A DNA stretch of 31,199 nucleotides from an uncultured Ideonella sp. Its GTDB lineage: Bacteria > Pseudomonadota > Gammaproteobacteria > Burkholderiales > Burkholderiaceae_C. The translations under genes and the position numbers were made by a program. Below the pieces are notes generated by a model. The model searched no databases. It saw only the letters and a list, made by a program, of their open reading frames with translations, and was not told the DNA's origin. Shown here piece after piece: positions 7,969 to 17,056 of this stretch. The stretch spans positions 1 to 31,199 of the forward strand of contig CAZVNC010000001.1 of NCBI GenBank assembly GCA_964628305.1. Reading direction: 5' to 3'. Numbering within the stretch: position 1 is the first letter of the stretch; the number at the start of each line of letters is the position of its first letter.

Positions 7969-9861
7969 ATGAGCTTCTCCGGTCTCATCGTTCAGCTTCT
8001 CAACGGCCTGGCGGGCGCCTCGTCGTTGTTCATGGTGGGCGCCGGGTTGTCGCTGATCTTCGGCGTGACCCGGATCGTCAACTTCGCCCACGGATCGTTC
8101 TACATGGTAGGCATCTACGTTGCCTATTCGCTCGTCGAACGCTTCAGCAGCGGCTTCGGCTTCTGGCCGGCGCTGCTGCTCGCGGCGGTTGTCGTCGGCG
8201 TGCTCGGCGCGCTGATCGAGATCGTGCTGCTGCGCCGCATCTATCGCGCGCCCGAGCTTTTCCAGTTGCTCGCGACGTTTGCGCTCGTGCTTGTCTTCAA
8301 GGACGCGGTGCTCTGGTATTGGGGGCCCGAGGAACTGCTCGGGCCGCGCGCGCCGGGCCTGTCGGGATCGGTCATGATCCTCGGGCGCCAGTTCCCGTCC
8401 TACGACCTGCTGCTCATCTTCGTCGGCCCGATCGTCCTCGGCCTGCTCTGGCTGCTGCTCACGCGCACCCGCTGGGGCACGCTGGTGCGCGCCGCGACGC
8501 AGGACCGCGAGATGGTCGCCGCACTCGGCGTCAACCAGGCGTGGCTGTTCACGGCGGTGTTCGCGCTCGGCGCGATGCTCGCCGGACTCGGCGGCGCGCT
8601 GCAACTGCCGCGCGAACCGGCCAATCTCGAACTCGACCTGCAGATCATCGGTGGCGCATTCGTCGTCGTCGTCGTCGGCGGCATGGGATCGATTCCGGGC
8701 GCCTTCGTCGCCGCGCTGCTGATTGCGGAGCTGAAGGCGATCTGCATCTGGCTCGGCCTGGTCGATGTGCTGGGCGTCAGCGTCTCGTTCTCCAAGCTGA
8801 CATTGGTTGTCGAGTTTCTCGTCATGGCAGTCGTCCTGGTGTGGCGCCCATGGGGATTGATGGGGCGTGAGCAAGCGCCGAGCCGGCATGTCGGCCCGGT
8901 CGAGGCGCCGCTTCGTCCGGCCGACAACCTGTTCAAGGCGGGCGCCGCGATCCTGCTGCTGGCGCTCGTCGTGACGCCGCTGCTGACTGCCGACTCGCCG
9001 TATACGACGGTGCTGATCATCGACCTGCTGATCGCCGCGCTGTTCGCGACAAGCCTGCACTTCATCATGGGCCCCGGGGGCATGCATTCGTTCGGCCACG
9101 CCGCCTATTTCGGGCTCGGTGCGTACGGCGCGGCGCTGCTGCTGCGGGCGCTGCCGATGGAGCTGGCGCTGATCCTCGCGCCGGTCGTCGGCGCCCTTGG
9201 CGCAGTGCTCTTCGGCTGGTTCTGCGTGCGCCTGTCGGGGGTCTATCTCGCGATGCTGACGCTCGCCTTCGCGCAGATCGCGTGGGCGATCGTCTATCAA
9301 TGGGACAGCTTCACCGGCGGCAGCAACGGCATCACCGGAGTCTGGCCAGCGTCGTGGCTGACGGGAGGCAGCAGCTACTACTACCTGACGCTCGTGCTGG
9401 TCGTCGGCTCGATGCTGCTGCTGCGGCGCGCGCTGTTCTCGCCGTTCGGCTATGCGATGCGCGCCGGCCGCGATTCGCCGCTGCGCGCCGACGCGATCGG
9501 TATCGACGTCAAGCGCAACCAGTGGATCGCGTTCACGATCGCGGGTCTTTTTGCCGGGCTGGCCGGGGCGCTGTTCGCGTTCTCGAAGGGCAGCATTTCG
9601 CCCGAAGGGCTGTACGTCAGCAAGTCGATCGACGGCCTGGTGATGGTGCTGCTCGGCGGCTTGCAGACGCTTTCGGGCGGTGCGGTCGGTGCGGTTGTCT
9701 TCACCTGGCTGCACGACACCGTCGCCCGCAATACCGAGTACTGGCGGGCGATGCTGGGCGCGATCATCCTGATTCTGGTGCTGCTCTTTCCGCAGGGGAT
9801 CGCCGGCTTCCTGCGTCAGATCGTCTACGGCCAGCGTGAAGCGAAGGGAGGGCAGCCATGA
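7969..9861 (+). CDS. Fused ABC permease (LivH + LivM domains)
   Basis: N-half has GLSLIFGVTRIVNFAHG and GGMGSIPGA (LivH-like). C-half has GMHSFGHAAYFGLGAY, YLAMLTLAFAQ and TGGSNGI (LivM-like). One continuous 630-aa hydrophobic ORF. Confidence 0.88.
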   Translation: MSFSGLIVQLLNGLAGASSLFMVGAGLSLIFGVTRIVNFAHGSFYMVGIYVAYSLVERFSSGFGFWPALLLAAVVVGVLGALIEIVLLRRIYRAPELFQLLATFALVLVFKDAVLWYWGPEELLGPRAPGLSGSVMILGRQFPSYDLLLIFVGPIVLGLLWLLLTRTRWGTLVRAATQDREMVAALGVNQAWLFTAVFALGAMLAGLGGALQLPREPANLELDLQIIGGAFVVVVVGGMGSIPGAFVAALLIAELKAICIWLGLVDVLGVSVSFSKLTLVVEFLVMAVVLVWRPWGLMGREQAPSRHVGPVEAPLRPADNLFKAGAAILLLALVVTPLLTADSPYTTVLIIDLLIAALFATSLHFIMGPGGMHSFGHAAYFGLGAYGAALLLRALPMELALILAPVVGALGAVLFGWFCVRLSGVYLAMLTLAFAQIAWAIVYQWDSFTGGSNGITGVWPASWLTGGSSYYYLTLVLVVGSMLLLRRALFSPFGYAMRAGRDSPLRADAIGIDVKRNQWIAFTIAGLFAGLAGALFAFSKGSISPEGLYVSKSIDGLVMVLLGGLQTLSGGAVGAVVFTWLHDTVARNTEYWRAMLGAIILILVLLFPQGIAGFLRQIVYGQREAKGGQP

Positions 9862-10640
9862 GCCTGCTCGAGGTGCGCGGTCTGGGCAAGTCCTTCGGCG
9901 GCAACAGGGCGGTGGACGGGGTCGACTTCAGGCTCGAAGCGGGTGAACTGCTGGCCCTGATCGGACCGAACGGCGCCGGCAAGTCGACGACCTTCAACAT
10001 GGTCAACGGCCAGTTGCGCGCCGATTCCGGCTCGATCCTGCTCGACGGCAAGGAACTCATCGGCCTGCGGCCGCGCCAGATCTGGCAGCTCGGGGTCGGG
10101 CGCACTTTCCAGATCGCCGCCACGTTCGCGTCGCTGACGGTCGTCGAGAACGTGCAGATGGCGCTGATCTCCGCCGACCGCAAGCTGTACTCGATGTGGC
10201 GGCCGGCAGCCGCGCACAAGCGTCTGGAGGCGATCGAGTTGTTGGCCCAGGTGGGGATGTCCGAACAGGCCGATCGGCCGTGCAGCGTGCTCGCCTACGG
10301 CGACGTGAAAAGGGTCGAGCTGGCAATCGCGATGGCGAACCAGCCCAAGCTGCTGCTGATGGACGAGCCGACGGCCGGGATGGCGCCCAAGGAGCGCAAC
10401 GAACTGATGGCGCTGACCAAGAAGCTCGTCGTCGAGCGCAACATCGGCGTGCTCTTCACCGAGCACAGCATGGACGTTGTCTTCGCCTACGCCGATCGCA
10501 TGATCGTCCTGGCCCGCGGGCGACTGATCGCCGAAGGCAAGCCGCTCGAGATTCGCGATCACCCGAAGGTGCAGGAGGTCTACTTCGGCTCCGGCAAGAC
10601 CTTCGAGAAGGAAGCGGCGGGCGCAGGAGCGCCAGCATGA
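9858..10640 (+). CDS. ABC ATP-binding protein (LivG-like)
   Basis: Walker A GPNGAGKST, LLLMDEPTAG, TEHSM. ATGA overlap with the permease stop. Confidence 0.92.
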   Translation: MSLLEVRGLGKSFGGNRAVDGVDFRLEAGELLALIGPNGAGKSTTFNMVNGQLRADSGSILLDGKELIGLRPRQIWQLGVGRTFQIAATFASLTVVENVQMALISADRKLYSMWRPAAAHKRLEAIELLAQVGMSEQADRPCSVLAYGDVKRVELAIAMANQPKLLLMDEPTAGMAPKERNELMALTKKLVVERNIGVLFTEHSMDVVFAYADRMIVLARGRLIAEGKPLEIRDHPKVQEVYFGSGKTFEKEAAGAGAPA

Positions 10641-11386
10641 GCGCAGCGACGAAGGCCGCCGAGCAGCCGTTGCTCGAGGTGATCGATCTCGCGGCCTGGT
10701 ATGGCGCGGCGCAGATCCTGTTCCAGGTCGACGTCGAGGTGCGGCGCGGCGAAGTCGTCGCGCTGATGGGGCGCAACGGCGCCGGCAAGTCGACGACCCT
10801 GAAGGCGATCATGGGTTTGCTCGACAAGTACAAGGGCACGATGAGCTTCATGGGGCGCGACATCTCGACCAGCGACCCGCACGACGTGGCGTCGCACGGG
10901 CTCGGCTACGTACCCGAAGACCGCCGCATCTTCACCGACCTCACGGTGCTCGAGAACCTCGAGGTCGGCCGGCAGGACGCCCGCCAGTGGCCGGACGGGT
11001 CGCCGGCGCCGCTGTGGACGGCCGAGCGCCTGTTCAAGCTGTTCCCGAATCTCGGCGAGATGCCGAATCGTCCCGGCGGCAGCATGAGCGGCGGCGAGCA
11101 GCAGATGCTGACCGTGGCACGAACGCTGATGGGCAACCCCTTTCTCGTGCTGCTCGACGAGCCGTCCGAAGGCGTCGCGCCTGTCATTGTCGAGCAGATG
11201 GCGCACATGATCCAGGAGTTGAAGACGCAGGGCGTGAGCATCTTGCTGTCCGAGCAGAACATGCACTTTGCCGAACTCGTTTCCGATCGCGCCTACGTGC
11301 TCGAGAAGGGCCAGATCCGGTTCAAGGGCACGATGGCGGAACTCGCTGCCGCCGAGGATGTGCGGCGCGCCTACCTGAGTGTCTGA
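10637..11386 (+). CDS. ABC ATP-binding protein (LivF-like)
   Basis: GRNGAGKST, signature MSGGEQQML, LLDEPSEG, SEQN. ATGA overlap at 10637-10640. Confidence 0.92.
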   Translation: MSAATKAAEQPLLEVIDLAAWYGAAQILFQVDVEVRRGEVVALMGRNGAGKSTTLKAIMGLLDKYKGTMSFMGRDISTSDPHDVASHGLGYVPEDRRIFTDLTVLENLEVGRQDARQWPDGSPAPLWTAERLFKLFPNLGEMPNRPGGSMSGGEQQMLTVARTLMGNPFLVLLDEPSEGVAPVIVEQMAHMIQELKTQGVSILLSEQNMHFAELVSDRAYVLEKGQIRFKGTMAELAAAEDVRRAYLSV

Positions 11387-11930
11387 CGCAGGGGCCTTGG
11401 CGCCGGTGCGGCTGAAGGAATCCGTGTCCGCCACCATGCCCGCGCTCGTCGAGACGAAGCTCGTCGTGAACGGCAAGCCGCAGGCCCTGTCGTGTCTGCC
11501 CGGCACGACGCTGCTCACCGCGCTGCGCAATGACCTGTGCCTGAACGGCCCGAAGTACGGTTGCGGTCTGGGCGAGTGCGGCGCCTGCACCGTGCTCGTC
11601 GACGGCGTCGCGGCGCGCGCCTGCGTGATTCCGCTCGCCGGCGTTGCCGGCCGCTCGGTGACGACGCTCGAAGGGCTGGCTGACGAACGCGGACTGCATC
11701 CGGTGCAGAAGGCCTTCATCGACGCCCAGGCCGCGCAATGCGGTTATTGCCTGAACGGCATGCTGATGATGACGGTCGCGCTGCTCGCGCGCACGCCGCA
11801 GCCGACCGAGCAGCAGGTGCGCCAGGCGCTGTCGGCGAATCTCTGCCGTTGCGGCACGCACGTCGAGATCATCGCTGCCGCGCTGCGGGCGGCCGAATTG
11901 ACCGCGCGTGCGGCGAAAGGATCGGCGTGA
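11379..11930 (+). CDS. nicA: Nicotinate dehydrogenase small [2Fe-2S]x2 subunit (NicA-like)
   Basis: GPKYGCGLGECGACTV, AQCGYC and NLCRCGT xanthine-oxidase-family Fe-S motifs; directly upstream of a NicB-like gene. Start uncertain (GTG 11379 or ATG 11436). Confidence 0.8.
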   Translation: MSDAGALAPVRLKESVSATMPALVETKLVVNGKPQALSCLPGTTLLTALRNDLCLNGPKYGCGLGECGACTVLVDGVAARACVIPLAGVAGRSVTTLEGLADERGLHPVQKAFIDAQAAQCGYCLNGMLMMTVALLARTPQPTEQQVRQALSANLCRCGTHVEIIAAALRAAELTARAAKGSA

Positions 11931-14900
11931 GCGCCGCGCGCATGCTGCGTACGCGGCGCGACTTCCTGCAGGCCTCCGGCGCGCTCGTCGTGATGCGCGA
12001 GCCGCCCGAGGCGCAGCCGCAGGCGCCGGGCCAGCCGCCGATGATCCCGCCCAATCCGGACGAGGGCGTCGAGATCCTGCTTGCGGTCTGGGACGACGGC
12101 CGGGTCACGGGGCTCAACGGCCACGTCGACCTCGGCACCGGCATCCGCACCGCGCTCGCGCAGATCATCGCCGAGGAACTCGATGTCGAACCGGGGCAGG
12201 TGGACATGGTGCTCGGCGACACCGCGATGGCGCCGAACCAGGGGCCGACGATCGCGAGCGCGTCGATCCAGATCACCGCCGTGCCGCTGCGCCAGGCGGC
12301 GGCGCAGGCGCGTGCGTTCCTGCTCGCGCGCGCCGCCGACGCGCTTGGCGCCGCAGCGGCCGAACTCGTCGTCGAACGCGGCGTCATCAACCACGGGCAG
12401 CGCCACATCGGCTACGCCGATCTGGTGCGCGGCGAGCGGCTGCATCTGATGCTCGACCCCGAGATCGCTGTCAAGCCGGTGCAGCAGTACCGGGTCGTCG
12501 GCCAGTCGGCGCCGCGCGTCGACATTGCGGCGAAGGTCGCCGGCGAACTCGTCTTCGTGCACGACAAGCGGCTGCCCGGCATGCTGCACGGGCGCGTCGT
12601 GCGCCCGCCGTATGCCGGCGCGGACCACGGCGACTTCATCGGCAACACGCTCGAATCGGTCGATGAATCCTCGATCGCGCACATCCCGGGGGTGCGCGCC
12701 GTGGTCGTGATCCGGGACTTCGTCGGCGTCGTCGCCGAGCGCGAAGAGCAGGCCGAGGCCGCCGCGCTTGCACTGAAGGTGGTCTGGCGCGCGTGGCCCG
12801 GGTTTCCGTCGCTCGACGATCCGGCCCGCGCCTTGCGCGACAACCCGGCGGTTGCGCGCCAGGTGGTCGACGACGGCGATGTGGATGCGGCGCTTTCGAC
12901 CGCGGCGCACGCATTGCACCGCGAATACGTCTGGCCCTACCAGATGCACGCCTCGATCGGCCCGTCGTGCGGCGTCGCGCAGTGGCATGGCGGCGATTCG
13001 CATCCGGCGCTGACGGTCTGGACCGGAAGCCAGAACCCGCACGTGCTGCGCGCCGACCTGTCGAAGTTGATGCAACTGCCCGACGTCGATGTCGAGGTCA
13101 TCCGGATGGAGGCCTCCGGCTGCTACGGCCGCAACAGCGCCGACGACGTCTGCGCCGATGCCGCGCTGCTGTCGCGCGCGGTGCGGGCCCCGGTTCGCGT
13201 GCAACTGAGCCGCGAGCAGGAGAACCTCTGGGAGCCGAAGGGCGCGGCGCAACTGATGACGGTGCGCGGCGCACTCGACGCTGGCGGGGCGATGGCGGCC
13301 TATGACTTCGCGACCTCGTACCCGTCGAACGCGGCGCCGACGCTGGCATTGCTGCTGACGCGCACGATCGAGCCGCTGGCGCAGGCGTTCGCGATGGGCG
13401 ACCGCACCGCGCGGCCGCCGTATGAAGTGCCCAATCTGCGCGTCACGATCAACGACATGGCGCCGATTCTTCGCGCGTCGTGGCTGCGCGGCGTGTCGGC
13501 GCTGCCGAACTCGTTCGCCCACGAGTCCTATGTCGACGAGCTGGCGACTGCGGCGGGCGTCGATCCGGTCCAGTTCCGGCTGCGCCATCTGACGGACCCG
13601 CGCGCGATCGACGTGCTGCGCAGCACCGCCGAACGTGCCGGCTGGGTGGCGCACACCGGCCCGCAACAAATGGAGTCGAGCGGCGACCGGCTGCGCGGGC
13701 AGGGCGTCGCGTACGCGCGCTACATGCACAGCAAGTGGCCGGGGTTCGGCGCCGCGTGGACGGCCTGGGTCGCCGACGTCGAGGTCGATCGCAACACCGG
13801 CGAGGTGCACGTCAGCCGGATCGTCGTCGGCCACGATTCGGGGCAGGTCGTCAACCCGGCCGGCGTGCGCCACCAGGTGCAGGGCAACGTCGTGCAGACG
13901 ACGAGCCGCGCGCTGAAGGAGCGCGTGGAGGTCGATCCGGCGACCTCGGCGATCGTCAATCGCGAGTGGGGCAGCTACCCGATCCTCGGTTTCGCTGATC
14001 TGCCGACGATCGAGGTCCACATCATGCCGCGCCAGAGCGAGCCGCCGCTCGGTGCCGGCGAGTCGTCGTCGGTGCCGGGCACGGCGGCGATCGCGAACGC
14101 GATCTTCGATGCGACCGGGGTGCGATTTCGCCATCCGCCGTTCACTGCCGAGGTCGTCCGGGCGGCAATCAACCCGTTGCCTGCGCCGGCGGCGCCGCCG
14201 GTGGAAGCCGTCGGCCATCCGACGCCGGCCGATGCGTCATGGCCGCGGCGGCGGTCCTGGTGGGCGAAGGGCCTGGCGCTCGCGGCAAGCGTCGCCGGTG
14301 TCGCGGCGGCGGCCTTCGGTTGGAGGCCGGCGATCGCGCCGGTGTCGCGCATCGACACCTCGGTCTACGCTGCTGACGCGATCGAGCGCGGCCGGGTGCT
14401 CGCCGCGGCCGGCAACTGCGCGACCTGCCACACGGCGCCCGGCGGTGCGGTCAACGCCGGCGGCCTCGCGATGCCGACGCCGTTCGGCACCGTCTACTCG
14501 ACGAACCTGACGCCCGACGCCGACACCGGCATCGGCGCCTGGTCGTTCAGCGCGTTCCAGCGCGCGATGCGCGAAGGCGTCTCGCGCGACGGCCATCTGC
14601 TGTACCCCGCGTTTCCGTACACCGCGTTCGCGAAGGTGAGCGACGACGATCTGATGGCGCTCTACGCGTATCTGATGGTGCAGCCCGCGGTGCGCGCTGC
14701 GGTGCCCGAGACAAAGCTTGCATTCCCGTTCGGCATGCGTCCGCTGCTGGCGTTCTGGAATGCCTTGTTCCACGACCCGAAGGCGGTTGCGCAGACCGAC
14801 CCGGTGCGCTCTGCACAGTGGAACCGCGGCGCCTACCTCGTCGACGGGCTCGGGCACTGCGGCGCCTGCCACACCGAGCGCAACGCGTTTGGCGCCGAGC

Positions 14901-15553
14901 GCGAAGGCAAGGCGTATCTCGGCGGCGCGTTCGTCAAGGGCTGGGAGGCACCGGCGCTCACGTCGGCGACGCGCGCCCCGGTGCCGTGGACCGAGCAGTC
15001 GCTGTTCGACTACCTGCGCGTCGGGCACAGCGCGCTGCACGGCGTCGCGTCCGGCCCGATGGCGCCGGTGGTGCGCGAGTTCTCCGCGCTGCCCGACGCC
15101 GACATCCGCGCGATGGCGCACTACCTGGCGTCGTTCAACCCGCCGCTGACAGACGCGCAGGCGGCGAGTGCAGCGGCGGCCGCGGTGGCGACGGCGCAGG
15201 CCGGTGCGGCGATGCTTGCCGGACCGGCGCAGCGCATGTTCGATACGGCGTGCGCCGGCTGCCACCACGACGGCGACGGCCCGCAATTGCTCGGCGCGAA
15301 CGTGCCGCTCGCGTTGAACAGCAACCTGCACGCGGACCGCCCCGACAATCTGCTGCGCGTGATCCTCGAAGGGCACCTCGAGCCGGCGTCGATCGAACTC
15401 GGCTTCATGCCGGCCTTTGGCGCGGCCTACAGCGACCGCCAGCTTGCTGAGTTGGCCGACTTCATGCGCCAGCGCTTCGCGCCCGGCAAGCCGCGCTGGA
15501 CGAATCTGGAGGCCGAGGTGGCGCGGGTGCGCGCCGCGCCGTCCAATCCGTGA
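11927..15553 (+). CDS. nicB: Nicotinate dehydrogenase large subunit (NicB-like): molybdopterin-binding domains, a transmembrane helix and three c-type cytochrome sites
   Basis: GHVDLGTGIRTALAQ, QGPTIASAS, SGCYGRN, ASWLRGVSALPN and GAGE, then a hydrophobic helix (WWAKGLALAASVAGVAAAAFGW) and three CxxCH motifs (CATCH, CGACH, CAGCH). This is the architecture known for P. putida NicB. GTGA overlap with nicA at 11927-11930. Confidence 0.82.
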   Translation: MSAARMLRTRRDFLQASGALVVMREPPEAQPQAPGQPPMIPPNPDEGVEILLAVWDDGRVTGLNGHVDLGTGIRTALAQIIAEELDVEPGQVDMVLGDTAMAPNQGPTIASASIQITAVPLRQAAAQARAFLLARAADALGAAAAELVVERGVINHGQRHIGYADLVRGERLHLMLDPEIAVKPVQQYRVVGQSAPRVDIAAKVAGELVFVHDKRLPGMLHGRVVRPPYAGADHGDFIGNTLESVDESSIAHIPGVRAVVVIRDFVGVVAEREEQAEAAALALKVVWRAWPGFPSLDDPARALRDNPAVARQVVDDGDVDAALSTAAHALHREYVWPYQMHASIGPSCGVAQWHGGDSHPALTVWTGSQNPHVLRADLSKLMQLPDVDVEVIRMEASGCYGRNSADDVCADAALLSRAVRAPVRVQLSREQENLWEPKGAAQLMTVRGALDAGGAMAAYDFATSYPSNAAPTLALLLTRTIEPLAQAFAMGDRTARPPYEVPNLRVTINDMAPILRASWLRGVSALPNSFAHESYVDELATAAGVDPVQFRLRHLTDPRAIDVLRSTAERAGWVAHTGPQQMESSGDRLRGQGVAYARYMHSKWPGFGAAWTAWVADVEVDRNTGEVHVSRIVVGHDSGQVVNPAGVRHQVQGNVVQTTSRALKERVEVDPATSAIVNREWGSYPILGFADLPTIEVHIMPRQSEPPLGAGESSSVPGTAAIANAIFDATGVRFRHPPFTAEVVRAAINPLPAPAAPPVEAVGHPTPADASWPRRRSWWAKGLALAASVAGVAAAAFGWRPAIAPVSRIDTSVYAADAIERGRVLAAAGNCATCHTAPGGAVNAGGLAMPTPFGTVYSTNLTPDADTGIGAWSFSAFQRAMREGVSRDGHLLYPAFPYTAFAKVSDDDLMALYAYLMVQPAVRAAVPETKLAFPFGMRPLLAFWNALFHDPKAVAQTDPVRSAQWNRGAYLVDGLGHCGACHTERNAFGAEREGKAYLGGAFVKGWEAPALTSATRAPVPWTEQSLFDYLRVGHSALHGVASGPMAPVVREFSALPDADIRAMAHYLASFNPPLTDAQAASAAAAAVATAQAGAAMLAGPAQRMFDTACAGCHHDGDGPQLLGANVPLALNSNLHADRPDNLLRVILEGHLEPASIELGFMPAFGAAYSDRQLAELADFMRQRFAPGKPRWTNLEAEVARVRAAPSNP

Positions 15554-15556
15554 CCG

Positions 15557-16483
15557 ATGGTGCAGAGATGGCAGCCGAAATCCTCCGCACTCGGGCTCTG
15601 GCTGGGCATGCTCGCAATGGCCTTGTTCGGCCTCACGCTGCCGATGACAAGGCTTGCGATCGGGTCGGCCGCGGCGCCGCAGCTTTCGCCGTGGTTCGTC
15701 ACCTTCGGGCGTGCAGTGTTCGCCGCGACGCTGTCGGCGACCTTCCTGCTCGCGACGCGCTCGCGCATCCCGGCGCGCGCGCATTGGCCCGATCTGGCGC
15801 TTGCCGCGCTCGGCAACGCGATCGGCTATCCGCTGTTGCTCGCGTTCGCGTTGCGCTCGGTCAGCGCGAGCCACGCAGCGGTCGTCACCGCGCTGCTGCC
15901 GCTTGCGACGGCGGTCGCCGCGGCGTGGATGCTGCGCCAGCGCGCGCCATTCGGCTTCTGGGCGAGCGCGGTCGCAGGGACGGGGCTCGTTGTGATCTTC
16001 GCGATGCTGAAGGCGGCGCAATCCGGCCAGTCCTATGTGCCGACCCATGCCGACATCTGGCTCGTCGGCGCGGTGGCCGCGGCGTCCATCGGCTATGTCG
16101 CCGGTGCGCGCCTGACGCCGGTCCTGGGCGCCGAACGCGTGATCTGCTGGGTGACGATACTCATGCTGCCGCTCAGCCTGCCGGCCGCCGCATTGACGTG
16201 GCCCGCGACGCCGGTCGCGCCGTCCGCGTGGGCCGGCTTCATCTACGTCGGTCTGTTCTCGATGTGGGCCGCATTCTTCGCCTGGTATCGCGCGCTCCAT
16301 CTGGGCGGCGCCGTGCTCGTCAGTCAGGTCCAGGTGCTGCAGCCGTTCTTCGCGATCGCCTTCGCGGTGCCGCTGCTCGGCGAAGCTATCGATCCGATGA
16401 CGATCGTCTTCGCCGTTGCGGTGATGGTGACGGTCGCGCTCGGGCGGCGCTTTCATCGCCAGTCGCGCAACGGTGAGGCTTGA
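15557..16483 (+). CDS. DMT/EamA-family transporter (about 10 TM)
   Basis: Two EamA-like hydrophobic repeats (FGLTLPMTRLA...GRAVFAA; AVLVSQVQVLQPFFAIAFAVPLLGE). Begins 3 nt after the nicB stop. Confidence 0.85.
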   Translation: MVQRWQPKSSALGLWLGMLAMALFGLTLPMTRLAIGSAAAPQLSPWFVTFGRAVFAATLSATFLLATRSRIPARAHWPDLALAALGNAIGYPLLLAFALRSVSASHAAVVTALLPLATAVAAAWMLRQRAPFGFWASAVAGTGLVVIFAMLKAAQSGQSYVPTHADIWLVGAVAAASIGYVAGARLTPVLGAERVICWVTILMLPLSLPAAALTWPATPVAPSAWAGFIYVGLFSMWAAFFAWYRALHLGGAVLVSQVQVLQPFFAIAFAVPLLGEAIDPMTIVFAVAVMVTVALGRRFHRQSRNGEA

Positions 16484-16486
16484 GGA

Positions 16487-16942
16487 CTAGCGCAGCGCGA
16501 CCAGCACCGCACCGGCGCCAAGCAGGATCAGCCCGATCAGCCGTTTCAGGTCCACTGGTTGCAATGGCGCGCCAAACAGGCCGAACTGGTCTATCACGGT
16601 GGATGCAACGAGCTGGGCAACCACCGCGCACATCACGAAATTGCCAACGCCGAAGCGCGGTGCGAGGACGGTGGCGCTGATGGCGTAAAAGCCCATCGCC
16701 ATCCCGCCGACCCAGGCCAGCGGCGGGACCGTCGTCAGCAGTTGACCCGCCGGCATCGCCGGTCGGATCGCAGCGAAGGCGATACCGACAGTGATGATGG
16801 ACATCCCGACCGCGATCAGCGATGCATGGAGTGGCGACTGGATCGCCCGTCCGAGTGTTCCTTGCAAGGCCGCCATCACGGGAATCAATACGCCCGCGAC
16901 GGCTGCCCATGCCGCATAAATCAGAGCGCTATTCGAGTTCAA
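16487..16942 (-). CDS. DMT-family transporter, YdcZ/DUF606 type
   Basis: AGVLIPVMAALQGTLG, WVGGMAMG, APRFGVG, AQLVASTVIDQFGLFG, RLIG..L..AG. TTG start is uncertain. Confidence 0.78.
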   Translation of the reverse strand: MNSNSALIYAAWAAVAGVLIPVMAALQGTLGRAIQSPLHASLIAVGMSIITVGIAFAAIRPAMPAGQLLTTVPPLAWVGGMAMGFYAISATVLAPRFGVGNFVMCAVVAQLVASTVIDQFGLFGAPLQPVDLKRLIGLILLGAGAVLVALR

Positions 16943-17056
16943 TCAAATCCGCCGCGTTGTCGCGGGCGGCCGGGTAGGCGCGACGGCCGAGTCTCGATCC
17001 GGCAGCGCAAGGATCAACATGAAACGGCTCGATGGGTGCGGCCCGCATCTTCGGCT

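Noticed and set aside
6589-9714. 1041-aa minus-strand ORF and other long antisense or alternate-frame ORFs (e.g. 2678-3862, 4213-5967, 11744-14218, 14237-16456, 21653-22942, 28625-30481)
   Set aside because: They shadow well-supported genes, are Arg/Ala/Pro-rich with no family motifs, and are expected from stop-codon scarcity in high-GC DNA.
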